Source: a virus
IMG/VR virus record: IMGVR_UViG_3300032050_000079
Span: 1 to 64,000 of that record
Direction: 5' to 3' (one strand)
Length of the DNA stretch: 64,000 nt
The notes below the pieces were generated by a model. It had not been told where the DNA came from. It worked only from the letters and a program-made list of their open reading frames with translations, and did no database searches. Shown piece by piece: positions 47,606-56,791 of this stretch; the stretch's first letter is position 1; every line of letters begins with the position of its first letter. The position numbers and the translations under genes are program-made.

Positions 47606-48628
47606 CTATGGAACTTGTCCATAAGTAGTAACATATGCTATTCTTTCTTCTGATGGTGGTGCAGAAGTCTGTGTTGCACTAGTTCCCTTAACTTGTGCCG
47701 CCTCATTGGTGGCTGTGGTTTCGCTTGATGTTGGAGCTTTTCTTGATGCTCCAGAAGAGACATACATGTCCCTTGCTATAAACTGATAAGTTTCCACCAA
47801 AGGCTGCCCTCCAGTAGAGTAGCCAGATGCCATCCCTAGAAGCTGAATACTTTGCAAAACTATATCCATTTTATCGGATGCAGTTTTTTGCACTAGTCTT
47901 TCATTAAAGTCAGTGGCCATTAACCTATCCAAAGTATCATAGTTGTCGTCTCCATCATCGCCTTTATTTCTTGTCACTGTAGTTACAGAACCTTCTTGTG
48001 TTCCATATTTAATAACAAAATTAAAAGGAGGATGTGCAGAAAATATATTTCTTGCGTCATCTGAACTATTATCTGAAGATAGTCTATCTAGCCTGCTGTT
48101 TGCCCAGTATTTTTTAATATTTTTTTCATCATCTAAAGACTCTGCCCTACTCAATAAATAAGATTGAATCTTTGCATTAGCCCCTTCTGATGTATAAAAT
48201 CCCGCTCTTTTTTCTGCTGCCTTTGACAAAAGGTCGGTCATTCTTCCTGGATATCTTGCATACACACTAAATTCTCCAGTGATGATTCTAGTTCCCACCA
48301 TCATAACATCATAATTATAAGACCAGAAACCATAAAGAGGCTGCTTCTCCTGCTTAATTGCAAAAGCAAAACTGGCTAAATCTAATTCATCTGATGCATC
48401 AAACAGTCCATCAATATATATTCTGACATCTTCTCCAGTAAAATAATAATCATAATATTGATTAAATTGTTCTGCAGAGCTTGTCTTTCCAGCCCATTGC
48501 AAATCTACGTTTGGATTTAAAGGATCAAAGCTTTGAGCTTGAGTAGGATCTTTAAATTCATACGGAATATAAGAAGTAAATGGTCTATAACTTTTTTGTC
48601 CAACAATTGAATTATAATCTCTTGCCAT
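47606..48628 (-). CDS. Tail-tube-fold protein (paralogue 3)
   Basis: FTGEDV...KQEKQPLYGF...GTRIITGEF...PPFNFVI...ETYQFIAR aligns with the other two paralogues. Confidence 0.65.
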   Translation of the reverse strand: MARDYNSIVGQKSYRPFTSYIPYEFKDPTQAQSFDPLNPNVDLQWAGKTSSAEQFNQYYDYYFTGEDVRIYIDGLFDASDELDLASFAFAIKQEKQPLYGFWSYNYDVMMVGTRIITGEFSVYARYPGRMTDLLSKAAEKRAGFYTSEGANAKIQSYLLSRAESLDDEKNIKKYWANSRLDRLSSDNSSDDARNIFSAHPPFNFVIKYGTQEGSVTTVTRNKGDDGDDNYDTLDRLMATDFNERLVQKTASDKMDIVLQSIQLLGMASGYSTGGQPLVETYQFIARDMYVSSGASRKAPTSSETTATNEAAQVKGTSATQTSAPPSEERIAYVTTYGQVP

Positions 48629-48632
48629 TTTA

Positions 48633-49352
48633 TTATGCCCTTGGAACCCTGTCTATAAAAGTTGTATATTCTGTTAACTTATCTGTGGAATTTGAATTCC
48701 AAAAGTTTTTCTGCCTTTGTTCGTATGCATCATAAACATCATCTGGTAGCATCATTGGATCTTTTTCCATGCTTACAAGTGGCTGCATACCTCTAGCCAT
48801 AAAGGTGTAGGTTTGTTCGGTGATTAAGTCGTCAACAGACATTGTACCACCTTCATCTACTATAGTAACGCCATAAATCTTCATTTTAGATGCCATTCCA
48901 TATTCATTAAAAAAAGATAAGACTATATCAAATGGTGGCAGCATGTCTGCTAATGGCGCAAAGAATAATCCAGTTTCTGCCATTATATTTCTAAACTCTT
49001 TAATTCTATAAAACGCATACTCATTGAAAACTGTAAAGATTAAAGAGCCCGCTATTGTTCTTCCACCTTTAACAAATCCTCTTGGATTTACGTGACCAAG
49101 AGTTCTAACAGGTGAGTTTTCTCGGTGAATAGAATAAGATATTGTTTGAATTTCTGCCATTTCAAGAATATCAGCTTCTCCAACTGTCTTGGTATTCCTA
49201 TCTATATTTGGAACAACTATTGTTGCTGATATATCAGTTCCAGCATAGGACATGTTAGAAAATGGGTCTGGCATTCCTTTAGCTAATCTATTGGAAGTGA
49301 CCCCACTTTCATATCTGAATATCTCATCTTTTTTTTGTTGAAGTGATGTCAT
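48633..49352 (-). CDS. Tail-tube-fold protein (paralogue 2)
   Basis: YAGTDI...RENSPVRTLG..NPRGF..GGRTIAGSLIFTVF...PPFDI..NEYG...YTFMAR. Confidence 0.7.
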   Translation of the reverse strand: MTSLQQKKDEIFRYESGVTSNRLAKGMPDPFSNMSYAGTDISATIVVPNIDRNTKTVGEADILEMAEIQTISYSIHRENSPVRTLGHVNPRGFVKGGRTIAGSLIFTVFNEYAFYRIKEFRNIMAETGLFFAPLADMLPPFDIVLSFFNEYGMASKMKIYGVTIVDEGGTMSVDDLITEQTYTFMARGMQPLVSMEKDPMMLPDDVYDAYEQRQKNFWNSNSTDKLTEYTTFIDRVPRA

Positions 49353-49369
49353 TTATACTCCTAGAAAAC

Positions 49370-49407
49370 AATATGGAGGACATGAAAATAATCACGTCCT
49401 CCATATT
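49370..49407 (-). terminator. Stem-loop, probable intrinsic terminator/attenuator after the major tube gene
   Basis: 12-bp perfect inverted repeat aatatggaggac...gtcctccatatt, followed on the minus strand by GTTTT. Confidence 0.7.
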
Positions 49408-49427
49408 ATGCGGGTTTTAATTAAATA

Positions 49428-50117
49428 TTATGGTCTAATAATTTGGGTATTTAAGCCACTTTGTCCAGCTGCGTCTGAGCTGATAAGATCCTTAAGATCT
49501 CCAGTGTTAAACCTTCCAAGTTGATCAGTTGTAATTCTGTACATTGGACCAATTTCACGAGCTACGTATGTCATTGTCTCTTCGATAACAATGTCATCCA
49601 TAGAAGCTCCAGAACCTTCGTTCAAAAGCTCAACTCCATAAATTGATCTTACTGCGCCCTGTCCATATTCGTTAACAAATGTTACGGTAATATCAAATGG
49701 AGGAATTTGATCCGCATAATATGGAACTTGTGAAACAATGTCACGTGACTGATCTGTAAACTCTGCAATTCCTCTCTTGTGCTGAGGATCTCCAGGAAGA
49801 GTGTTGTGTCTTCTTGTAAAGAACTTCATTGAGTTGTCTGTTGCATGATGAGCTTCAATCATCTGGTAAAGAGCTGGACGATCAAAAACAGTAAAGATTA
49901 ATGATCCTGCAATTCCTCTTTTGCCTCTTGAGAAAGAGCGTGGGTTTGGTGAACCCATAGTGTAGATTGGTGCCTTTTCTCTTGTTACTGAAAATGTAAT
50001 TCCAGAAAGAGCTCCAATTTCAACGCCACCAAAGGTGGCAACAATATCTGCTCCAGAAAATGTAGTATAAGTATTTAGATACTTATTAACTGGACCATCA
50101 TAGTATTCTCCTGCCAT
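49428..50117 (-). CDS. Major tail tube protein (paralogue 1)
   Basis: Follows the sheath gene; strong SD GGAGGG; FSGADIVATF...REKAPIYTMGSPNPRSFSRGKRGIAGSLIF; hairpin downstream. Confidence 0.7.
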   Translation of the reverse strand: MAGEYYDGPVNKYLNTYTTFSGADIVATFGGVEIGALSGITFSVTREKAPIYTMGSPNPRSFSRGKRGIAGSLIFTVFDRPALYQMIEAHHATDNSMKFFTRRHNTLPGDPQHKRGIAEFTDQSRDIVSQVPYYADQIPPFDITVTFVNEYGQGAVRSIYGVELLNEGSGASMDDIVIEETMTYVAREIGPMYRITTDQLGRFNTGDLKDLISSDAAGQSGLNTQIIRP

Positions 50118-50152
50118 TTTATACCCTCCAATTCGGTATTTTTATTTATGGT

Positions 50153-51430
50153 TTATAGGTTAATTGCTACTTGAACATCAATGTTCTTGAGTTCAAATGC
50201 TGGTGTCAGAACGAGGTCAACAATCGCTTTGTTTTCTGCTGGAATGTAACTTACGGTAAAGTCACTATCTAGCAAAGCTCCAATTTGTTGCATACCTCTT
50301 AAAGCTGATGTGATTGCAGTTTCCATTGAGTTACGAGTCTGAATGGTTGATGCTTCTCCAATAAACTTCTGACATACTTGTCTAACCAAAAGAGCTGCTT
50401 CGTTGATAATTCTCATTGTAGAAACTCTTGTATAGTCAGATGTTGAAGATGCCATTGTTAAGCCTTCAATGAAGGTTGGTATCTTATTAAAGTTAAGTGC
50501 TACAGTATTTACTCCCGCATCTGACAATCTCTCTTGCTGAGTTCTTGTTGGGTTGTATCTCATTGCAGCAACGTTATATGCAGTCTTGTTAACAGGAGAA
50601 GTAAAGGATGCCATTCTGCTTATTGCAGCAGCCATTGTTGTTGCACCATTTGCGTAACCCCAAGTAGAAACATAATTTACTGGCTTTAGTTCGCTAGCAA
50701 CAACAACAACGTGTCTGCCAACTTCTGCCATATTTGTTCCATCTCTGGTGATCAAAGTATTAAGAACACTTCCAGATGTTGCACTTGTATTTAGGTGTGT
50801 TGCTACTTCTGCTGGTGTCATTACTTCTGTAACGTTTCCAGTTCCTGGATTATAGGGCTTAACACCCATAACTGCGAAGCATGAGTGTGAGTTCTCATTT
50901 ATCTCTTTAACTTTTACTGCAACCTTATAGGCCCAGCTTGAAGTTGTTGTCGCATTATTTGCATAGAAACCATATTCATAGTCGTCACCAGGAGTTGCTG
51001 GACTTTGCCAGTCATCTGGATGACCTCCGCGACCCCAAGGAACGATAATGTCAGGTTGCGCAGCTTCTGCTGCTGCAAACGCTGCATCAAAAACGTTTAC
51101 TCCTGAGCTGGATGAACTTGTAATTGTTCCAGCGCTGTGATCAAAAACTGAGTCAGAAGGAAGAGGAACAATAAATATTCTTTCTGCGCCTCCTGCTAAA
51201 AGCTCAATAAATCCTCTATGGACATCTGAGTCTTCGCCAAAAGCGTCGATTACATCTTGCTCAGTTGTAGCCTGAACTACGTCAAGATCCTTTACTCTGC
51301 TGGAATTATCTCCAGCAACTGCCGCACCTCTTCTTGCGATGAGGCAGATTCGTGGACCGACAGGAATATCCTGTCTAGAGATGCTATAAAAGCGATCTTT
51401 AATTACTGTTTTTACACCTGGTAGAGCCAT
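50153..51430 (-). CDS. Tail sheath protein
   Basis: LPGVKT N-terminus; C-terminal QERLSDAGVN..RVSTMRII..QKFIGE..VDLVLTPAFELKNIDV sheath signature; SD GGAGG. Confidence 0.8.
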   Translation of the reverse strand: MALPGVKTVIKDRFYSISRQDIPVGPRICLIARRGAAVAGDNSSRVKDLDVVQATTEQDVIDAFGEDSDVHRGFIELLAGGAERIFIVPLPSDSVFDHSAGTITSSSSSGVNVFDAAFAAAEAAQPDIIVPWGRGGHPDDWQSPATPGDDYEYGFYANNATTTSSWAYKVAVKVKEINENSHSCFAVMGVKPYNPGTGNVTEVMTPAEVATHLNTSATSGSVLNTLITRDGTNMAEVGRHVVVVASELKPVNYVSTWGYANGATTMAAAISRMASFTSPVNKTAYNVAAMRYNPTRTQQERLSDAGVNTVALNFNKIPTFIEGLTMASSTSDYTRVSTMRIINEAALLVRQVCQKFIGEASTIQTRNSMETAITSALRGMQQIGALLDSDFTVSYIPAENKAIVDLVLTPAFELKNIDVQVAINL

Positions 51431-51511
51431 TAGTCTATAGACCTCCGATTGGGGCAGTTTGGTTTTAACTTCTTTTATATAGTAATAACAAACTTATAAA
51501 AACAAACTACA

Positions 51512-52252
51512 TTAACTGTTTGGGGTAGAAGTTTGATATAGGTCTATTATATTTATTTCCGTGTTATCATAATTTGGAGTAGCAAAATCAGATTTATGGT
51601 CCAAAATTGACTGCTCATAAGCCATATATCTTCTAACGTCAATGGCAATTTTTTCGATAACATCCACAGATGTAGCGATCAGTTTTTCTGTAGTTAGCAT
51701 GTATGTGACTGTTCTTTTAACAATATCTGTATTATCCCTATTGATATCTGAGTCAGAAAGTCTTCTAGAATAGACCAACTCTGCAGCCCCTAGCCTTTTA
51801 AATACGGGAGTATGCTCCAACATAAAGTCTTCAAATATCTCTATTAAAGTATCAGCTACTTGAGCTCCAGAATATCTTTTTTCAAGATCGCTTTTTGAGG
51901 TTCCTTGATCAGCTTTTGTTATTAAAGTAAAACTAACAACATTTTGAAATCTTTGCCCAAACACCATAACATTTGGCGACCCTTGACTGTTTCGAGTTCT
52001 CGGTTTTGGTTCTGAACTATGTGTTTTTCTAATTTCAAGACCATAAACGATAACCGGATACTCAGCATATGTCCCACTTGCAGTGGGCTGTATTTTAATA
52101 TCTGGGTAGGCATTTTCCCAAAGTGCTTTAACTATTGCAATGAATTCTAGGTAGGTTAAATTACCAGATGCCTGGAGGGGTGCTCCAAACATTCTATCAT
52201 TATTAATTTCGTTTACGCTTGGTACCGGAAATCTAAAAGCGTTTTGTGGCAT
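51512..52252 (-). CDS. Tail terminator / neck-like protein
   Basis: Position upstream of the sheath gene; YPVIVY and beta-rich core. Assignment rests mainly on synteny. Confidence 0.45.
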   Translation of the reverse strand: MPQNAFRFPVPSVNEINNDRMFGAPLQASGNLTYLEFIAIVKALWENAYPDIKIQPTASGTYAEYPVIVYGLEIRKTHSSEPKPRTRNSQGSPNVMVFGQRFQNVVSFTLITKADQGTSKSDLEKRYSGAQVADTLIEIFEDFMLEHTPVFKRLGAAELVYSRRLSDSDINRDNTDIVKRTVTYMLTTEKLIATSVDVIEKIAIDVRRYMAYEQSILDHKSDFATPNYDNTEINIIDLYQTSTPNS

Positions 52253-52253
52253 T

Positions 52254-53843
52254 TTAAGCTCCTCTGCCCGTTGCTACATTAAAAGATATTGACCTTAGTG
52301 TTCTAACAGAGGTTATAGAAATAGTAAGATACAATTTTCCTTTTTCCAATTTGTCTGCATAGGCGTCAAAATTATAGTCTCTTATAATATCATTAATTTT
52401 TAACTGTTGCATAAAGCCGTCAACTGATCTTATTAGATGATCGTTGGCGAATTTACCTATTGCATTTTGTCCCATAGACTGGACTTCAGCTATTATCATG
52501 GCAACTAGCCTTACGTTAGACGAATCTGAATAATTTTCAGATATAGACTGAGTTAAATCTCCGCTAACCCTAACATCATAAAGCGCTCCCCTTCTTGCTC
52601 TATTTCCTGAAAATATTGTATTTACTTTTTTATTTGTTAATATGGCCATTTGTTCAGAATTAATTTCATTTCCAAATATAGAAAGGCACGGTTCTATTCT
52701 TTTTTTGGCCATTCCATAGTCAATTCTATTTGAAGAAAGTGACCCTGCATATGCTGCAGCCATAGAACCGACATAAGATCTTCTTATTTGTTTATGATTA
52801 AAAACAGACTCTCCATATATTAAGATAATATATTTTCCACTATCTTTTGTTATCTCACCAGATGATGTTATTGAAGAACCTATTTCAAAGTTTGCGTTGT
52901 TGATTTCTGTAATGTCATCTTGTCTTGATTGAGAGCTTCTTGAGCCAATAATTCCCACTTGCACTTCGCCAGTAGAGACCTGCATTTGGTGACAGTGGTC
53001 TGCTAATTGTTTTACAAAATTAACTCCACCACTTGAAATAAATGATGTTTCTAGTGGAACGATTATGTCTATAAATTCGTAATCAGAAAGTATCTCGTAG
53101 CAGAGAGAGAGTTTTGCTCCGTATAACTCATAGAACGAGTAGATATTTGGTGTGGCGGCATCGTCTGCAAATATTTTTTCATTTCTTTTTGAAACATCTG
53201 CAACATACTCTGACATACTGCCACACGACATAATATAAATGTCTCTACCGCCTGCGGCATAACAATCAAAGATTCCCCTAGTTAACGGAGAATCAAAGTC
53301 AGCTCTTAAAACATTAATTGCGTCTTGCATTGACGTTGGTCGATATATTTCAAACTCTTGAAGAGCGTCAGTGTGACCTATGAGAAGAATTGAATTGGTA
53401 GATAGATTATTTATTTCTACATATTTTGATCTATTCGATATTGATATGCTTTTATCGTTATATGAAAATTCTTCATCAATATTATTTGGGTTATTGCACT
53501 GTATATACGTTTCTTTAATTGATGTTGTTGCACTAGCTATAGTTGAAATTTGTATTGTATAATTTCCCTTATATAAACCTTGTGGCAGCATATACCTAAG
53601 TTTATATGAACCTTCGGAAACTCTTTCTATAGTTGCCGTTGTAGATATGTTTTGAATATATGTGGGGGTTGCTGCAGTGATGCCATCTATGTCATAAACG
53701 AGTGGTCCATCTATTACTGCTCCAGGAGTCCCAATTCCTCTTTTTAGATATACAACTATATCTGCTGTTGGATCTACATACTGATATCCATCTTTATATG
53801 TAAACTGTATTTCTACGTACTCTTTTGGTTTTGCTATTAACAT
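52254..53843 (-). CDS. Second, divergent tail-sheath-like protein with N-terminal Ig-like extension
   Basis: DAINVL..DSPLTRGIFDCYAAGGRDIYI parallels DVIDAF..DSDVHRGFIELLAGGAERIFI; sheath-like C-terminus. Likely start is ATG 53843 (MLIAKPKE). Confidence 0.7.
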   Translation of the reverse strand: MLIAKPKEYVEIQFTYKDGYQYVDPTADIVVYLKRGIGTPGAVIDGPLVYDIDGITAATPTYIQNISTTATIERVSEGSYKLRYMLPQGLYKGNYTIQISTIASATTSIKETYIQCNNPNNIDEEFSYNDKSISISNRSKYVEINNLSTNSILLIGHTDALQEFEIYRPTSMQDAINVLRADFDSPLTRGIFDCYAAGGRDIYIMSCGSMSEYVADVSKRNEKIFADDAATPNIYSFYELYGAKLSLCYEILSDYEFIDIIVPLETSFISSGGVNFVKQLADHCHQMQVSTGEVQVGIIGSRSSQSRQDDITEINNANFEIGSSITSSGEITKDSGKYIILIYGESVFNHKQIRRSYVGSMAAAYAGSLSSNRIDYGMAKKRIEPCLSIFGNEINSEQMAILTNKKVNTIFSGNRARRGALYDVRVSGDLTQSISENYSDSSNVRLVAMIIAEVQSMGQNAIGKFANDHLIRSVDGFMQQLKINDIIRDYNFDAYADKLEKGKLYLTISITSVRTLRSISFNVATGRGA

Positions 53844-53844
53844 A

Positions 53845-54222
53845 TCAGCTTGGAACCTCTTTTGTTGCACCAACTATCCAATAGTTAATTTCGCCTCTTT
53901 TTCCCCTGACGCCATAACTGTCGTCTATCACATAAATAATAGTATCTTCTAAAGAATTAAAAGATTGCTCATAAATGCGATCTCCAGGTTTTGGATTAAC
54001 ATTTGATTTAAAATAATAAACTAATTCAGAATTTGTTATAACTCCTTCTGGCACTTCTTCTTTAGCGTTTGATAACGCAAAACTTCTAGCGTATAAGGAT
54101 CTAGTGGTATGCCTCTCTAGGACATCGTTATAAACAAAATCATCTGACAATCTTCTTTGCAAGAATATATCATGTCCCCATTGTTTTAATATCTTTTCAA
54201 ATATTTTTTTAGCATCAATCAT
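53845..54222 (-). CDS. Head closure / head-tail connector-like protein
   Basis: 125 aa; YYFKSNVNPKPGDRIY...YVID pattern and gene position. Confidence 0.5.
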   Translation of the reverse strand: MIDAKKIFEKILKQWGHDIFLQRRLSDDFVYNDVLERHTTRSLYARSFALSNAKEEVPEGVITNSELVYYFKSNVNPKPGDRIYEQSFNSLEDTIIYVIDDSYGVRGKRGEINYWIVGATKEVPS

Positions 54223-55117
54223 ATTGTCTTAAGCCTCTGTCTGGCATTGGGTCATCTGGATCTGTTGGAGTTTTTCTTCCTGGGCCATATAATTCTTTAT
54301 CAGACAAGTATATTAATTTTCCTGTTTGTGGATCTACAGTTTTTCCAGAAGTAAAAGTTTTTTTGTTTGGAAGGTTCTTTGGCTGAACCCCTCTCATATA
54401 AACCTTTTTGGCTAAAATTTCTCTTCTTAAAGAAGCAGCTATTTGACACCATGTGGTTGCATTTGATCTGGTGGCAACATCCCTTGGTGCTGATCTATTT
54501 GTTATTTCTAGGTCTGCAAGCTTAAGACTCATTTCGTCGTCTCCCCCAAATCCATAAGTTCTACTAAGCTCACAGCAAACTGAAGCCTTAATATATTCTA
54601 GTACTGTAAATGGTAAATCTGGATTTGTATTTGAATCTTGAATAGAATACATTTCTTTTACTTCGTTTGAGTAATTATAGACTAACTCTCCTATTTCTAA
54701 AAGTCCTGCTTCCGGAAATATTGATAATATTTCTTCTGGATCCAAATATAATGGATCAATGTCTGGGGCAAAAGATATTGTCTCATCAGATCTCAAAGTA
54801 ATAGACGGCTTATATTCTTCGGTAATAGAACTAACATATAGTTGTTGACTAACCGTAATAGAAGTCGTATTTGCTAAGGTCCCAGTAAATTTAATTGTAT
54901 ATTCTCCAGCTGTTGCTGTAGAAAAATTATAATAATATTCTGAGCTAGTAATTTGGGTTGCTGATGCTGATGCTATCTGCGTCCCATCTGAATCTAAAAC
55001 AACAACAGAAACAGATACTGGGCTAACCTCTGTTTGTTCTAAGGTTATTGGGTCAGTGTCTACGAACTTTACCTTAATTCTAACAGTATCGTTAACTAAA
55101 ACTTTGCTTATGGCCAT
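54215..55117 (-). CDS. Neck/adaptor-like protein with N-terminal Ig-like domain
   Basis: Beta-sandwich-like N-terminus (YYYNFSTATAGEYTIKFTG) plus helical adaptor-like C-terminal half; synteny. Confidence 0.5.
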   Translation of the reverse strand: MAISKVLVNDTVRIKVKFVDTDPITLEQTEVSPVSVSVVVLDSDGTQIASASATQITSSEYYYNFSTATAGEYTIKFTGTLANTTSITVSQQLYVSSITEEYKPSITLRSDETISFAPDIDPLYLDPEEILSIFPEAGLLEIGELVYNYSNEVKEMYSIQDSNTNPDLPFTVLEYIKASVCCELSRTYGFGGDDEMSLKLADLEITNRSAPRDVATRSNATTWCQIAASLRREILAKKVYMRGVQPKNLPNKKTFTSGKTVDPQTGKLIYLSDKELYGPGRKTPTDPDDPMPDRGLRQYD

Positions 55118-55132
55118 TTTGACTCCAGTTAT

Positions 55133-55423
55133 TTAAAATTGTAATAGCGTTATTTCTGCGGTGCCAGAACCAGAAGAGGTAACCGCTTCAACTAAGGCAT
55201 TTGCCTGCGACTGAGTGGCCTGTATGGTGATTATGCCTTCTGGGTAGATATCGTAAGATAGTACTGCAACAGTTGTTGCATTAGAGTAATCCTGAGATGT
55301 GGTAATGGCAACGTTAACATTAGAAATGATTATAGGGTCTAATAAGCCCTCAACATTAATTATTATAGTACCAACATAGCTCAAGCCAGGTTGATCATAA
55401 GTAATGTTTTCGTTGTATAGCAT
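55133..55423 (-). CDS. Small virion-type hypothetical protein
   Basis: ORF track. Confidence 0.55.
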   Translation of the reverse strand: MLYNENITYDQPGLSYVGTIIINVEGLLDPIIISNVNVAITTSQDYSNATTVAVLSYDIYPEGIITIQATQSQANALVEAVTSSGSGTAEITLLQF

Positions 55424-55566
55424 TTGAATTATCCTGATCTTACACCTTTTTGAGGGCTATTTAACCATTTTATTGAATCCTTATCAAAATTGTCATTTTT
55501 TTCATAGAAAAAACTGCAAATAAATATGCCTACTAACACTAGTAACTGGTTTTGTTTCGTGTCTAC

Positions 55567-55845
55567 CTATTGCAAAAAATGTTTTAAAATAGAAAGACTT
55601 GCCAAGATAACCCAGGCAACATTAAAAAGAATAATGGTTGGAAGCGTTTTTTCTGTTGATGACCATATCAGAGCTAAACTGGATATTATAGCAAATATAT
55701 AAAGCCACCAAAACTGTTGACCTAAAAGTAGACCAGGGAAGATGATTGCAATTTTTGTTGCAAACCCCCAAGCCTCTACGGTATTGGCTTTTGTCCAATA
55801 CGAGCCATGAGACATTGTCTTAACAGCATTAAGAATCTTTATCAC
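55567..55845 (-). CDS. Small membrane protein (about 3 TM segments)
   Basis: Hydrophobic segments; likely GTG start at 55845 overlapping the end of the upstream gene. Confidence 0.6.
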   Translation of the reverse strand: MIKILNAVKTMSHGSYWTKANTVEAWGFATKIAIIFPGLLLGQQFWWLYIFAIISSLALIWSSTEKTLPTIILFNVAWVILASLSILKHFLQ

Positions 55846-56029
55846 TTGCTTCTTCTCGTGCTTTCTTTTCCATTTGATCATAATGCCATAGCAGTATCAT
55901 TGACTTGCCGCCAAGAAAATGTACTTTCCACAAAAACTCCTTCCAATCCTCTTCGGTATTAGGAAAGTATTTATTGTCTGTTCTATTCCTATAATCATCT
56001 ACTTTAAAACGATAGATATTGTCAGTCAT
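55829..56029 (-). CDS. Hypothetical protein
   Basis: ORF track; ATGA overlap with the upstream gene. Confidence 0.55.
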   Translation of the reverse strand: MTDNIYRFKVDDYRNRTDNKYFPNTEEDWKEFLWKVHFLGGKSMILLWHYDQMEKKAREEASDKDS

Positions 56030-56790
56030 TTTTTTTTCTTTTCTAAGATTGAATCAATTAATCTTACAGCCTTTCTATAGGCTTGTCCAGTTCCAGATCT
56101 TGGTGCTATTCCACCAGTCATATACATGTTTGTTGATGCGTACTTAAAAAATGATTCATCCATAAATTCAATTTCTGTTATATCTGAATTTCTCTTAAAT
56201 GGAATTACCTGAACAAGTGGCGTTTGATACTTTATAGAAAATTCTGAATTTGTTTTGACATTTAAAACAATATTTGCAACTTGATAAAAATCGGTATGAA
56301 CAATAACTGGAAGTATTGAATAGTCTTCATTTTCCTCATAGTGAACCGGCAATATTAACGAAGACCATCCTGGAGCTGTTTGTATTCTCCAAGGTGTTAT
56401 TAATTTTGGATAAGACATTTTTTCTATTTTTCTAATATCTGTCATGGGACATTTACCCGTTTGATGAAAAGAAAAATTACCTGCCCACTCAAAACCAATT
56501 GGCGGATTCATATTGTCTGCAGATATTGCCCATACATTTTGTTCAATATTTGGAGTAAAATAAAAATTTGTCCATGCTGGTATTGTTACTCCAGCATTTA
56601 AAAAGTCTGATACTCCAGCACAAGACCTAATTGACCCGTGTCCTTTATGTATTTGTCTAAACCATTTTGGTAAGGATTGTGAATTATTTACATATGGAGC
56701 GCTTGCCATAAACCTATTGTCAATTGGAGTGATTCTAATTGAGCCTGGTTTAACTTTTTTAATTTTTGATACATTTTTATTTTTTTTCAT
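56026..56790 (-). CDS. Hypothetical beta-rich protein (dUTPase-like / DUF6065-like pattern)
   Basis: SIRSCAGVSDF..G..IPAW, PKLITPWRIQTAPGWSSL, TPLVQVIPFKR; likely ATG 56790. Confidence 0.5.
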   Translation of the reverse strand: MKKNKNVSKIKKVKPGSIRITPIDNRFMASAPYVNNSQSLPKWFRQIHKGHGSIRSCAGVSDFLNAGVTIPAWTNFYFTPNIEQNVWAISADNMNPPIGFEWAGNFSFHQTGKCPMTDIRKIEKMSYPKLITPWRIQTAPGWSSLILPVHYEENEDYSILPVIVHTDFYQVANIVLNVKTNSEFSIKYQTPLVQVIPFKRNSDITEIEFMDESFFKYASTNMYMTGGIAPRSGTGQAYRKAVRLIDSILEKKKK

Positions 56791-56791
56791 A

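Noticed and set aside
47606-53843. Bacterial extracellular contractile injection system or tailocin locus
   Set aside because: Neck/head-closure-like genes, giant virion proteins, phage-type accessory genes and the absence of host genes favour a phage genome, although no capsid gene is in the window.
55829-55881. Possible thirteenth frameshift at the 55829-56029 / 55567-55881 overlap
   Set aside because: There is no in-frame CGG, and a GTG at 55845 gives an ordinary short overlap.
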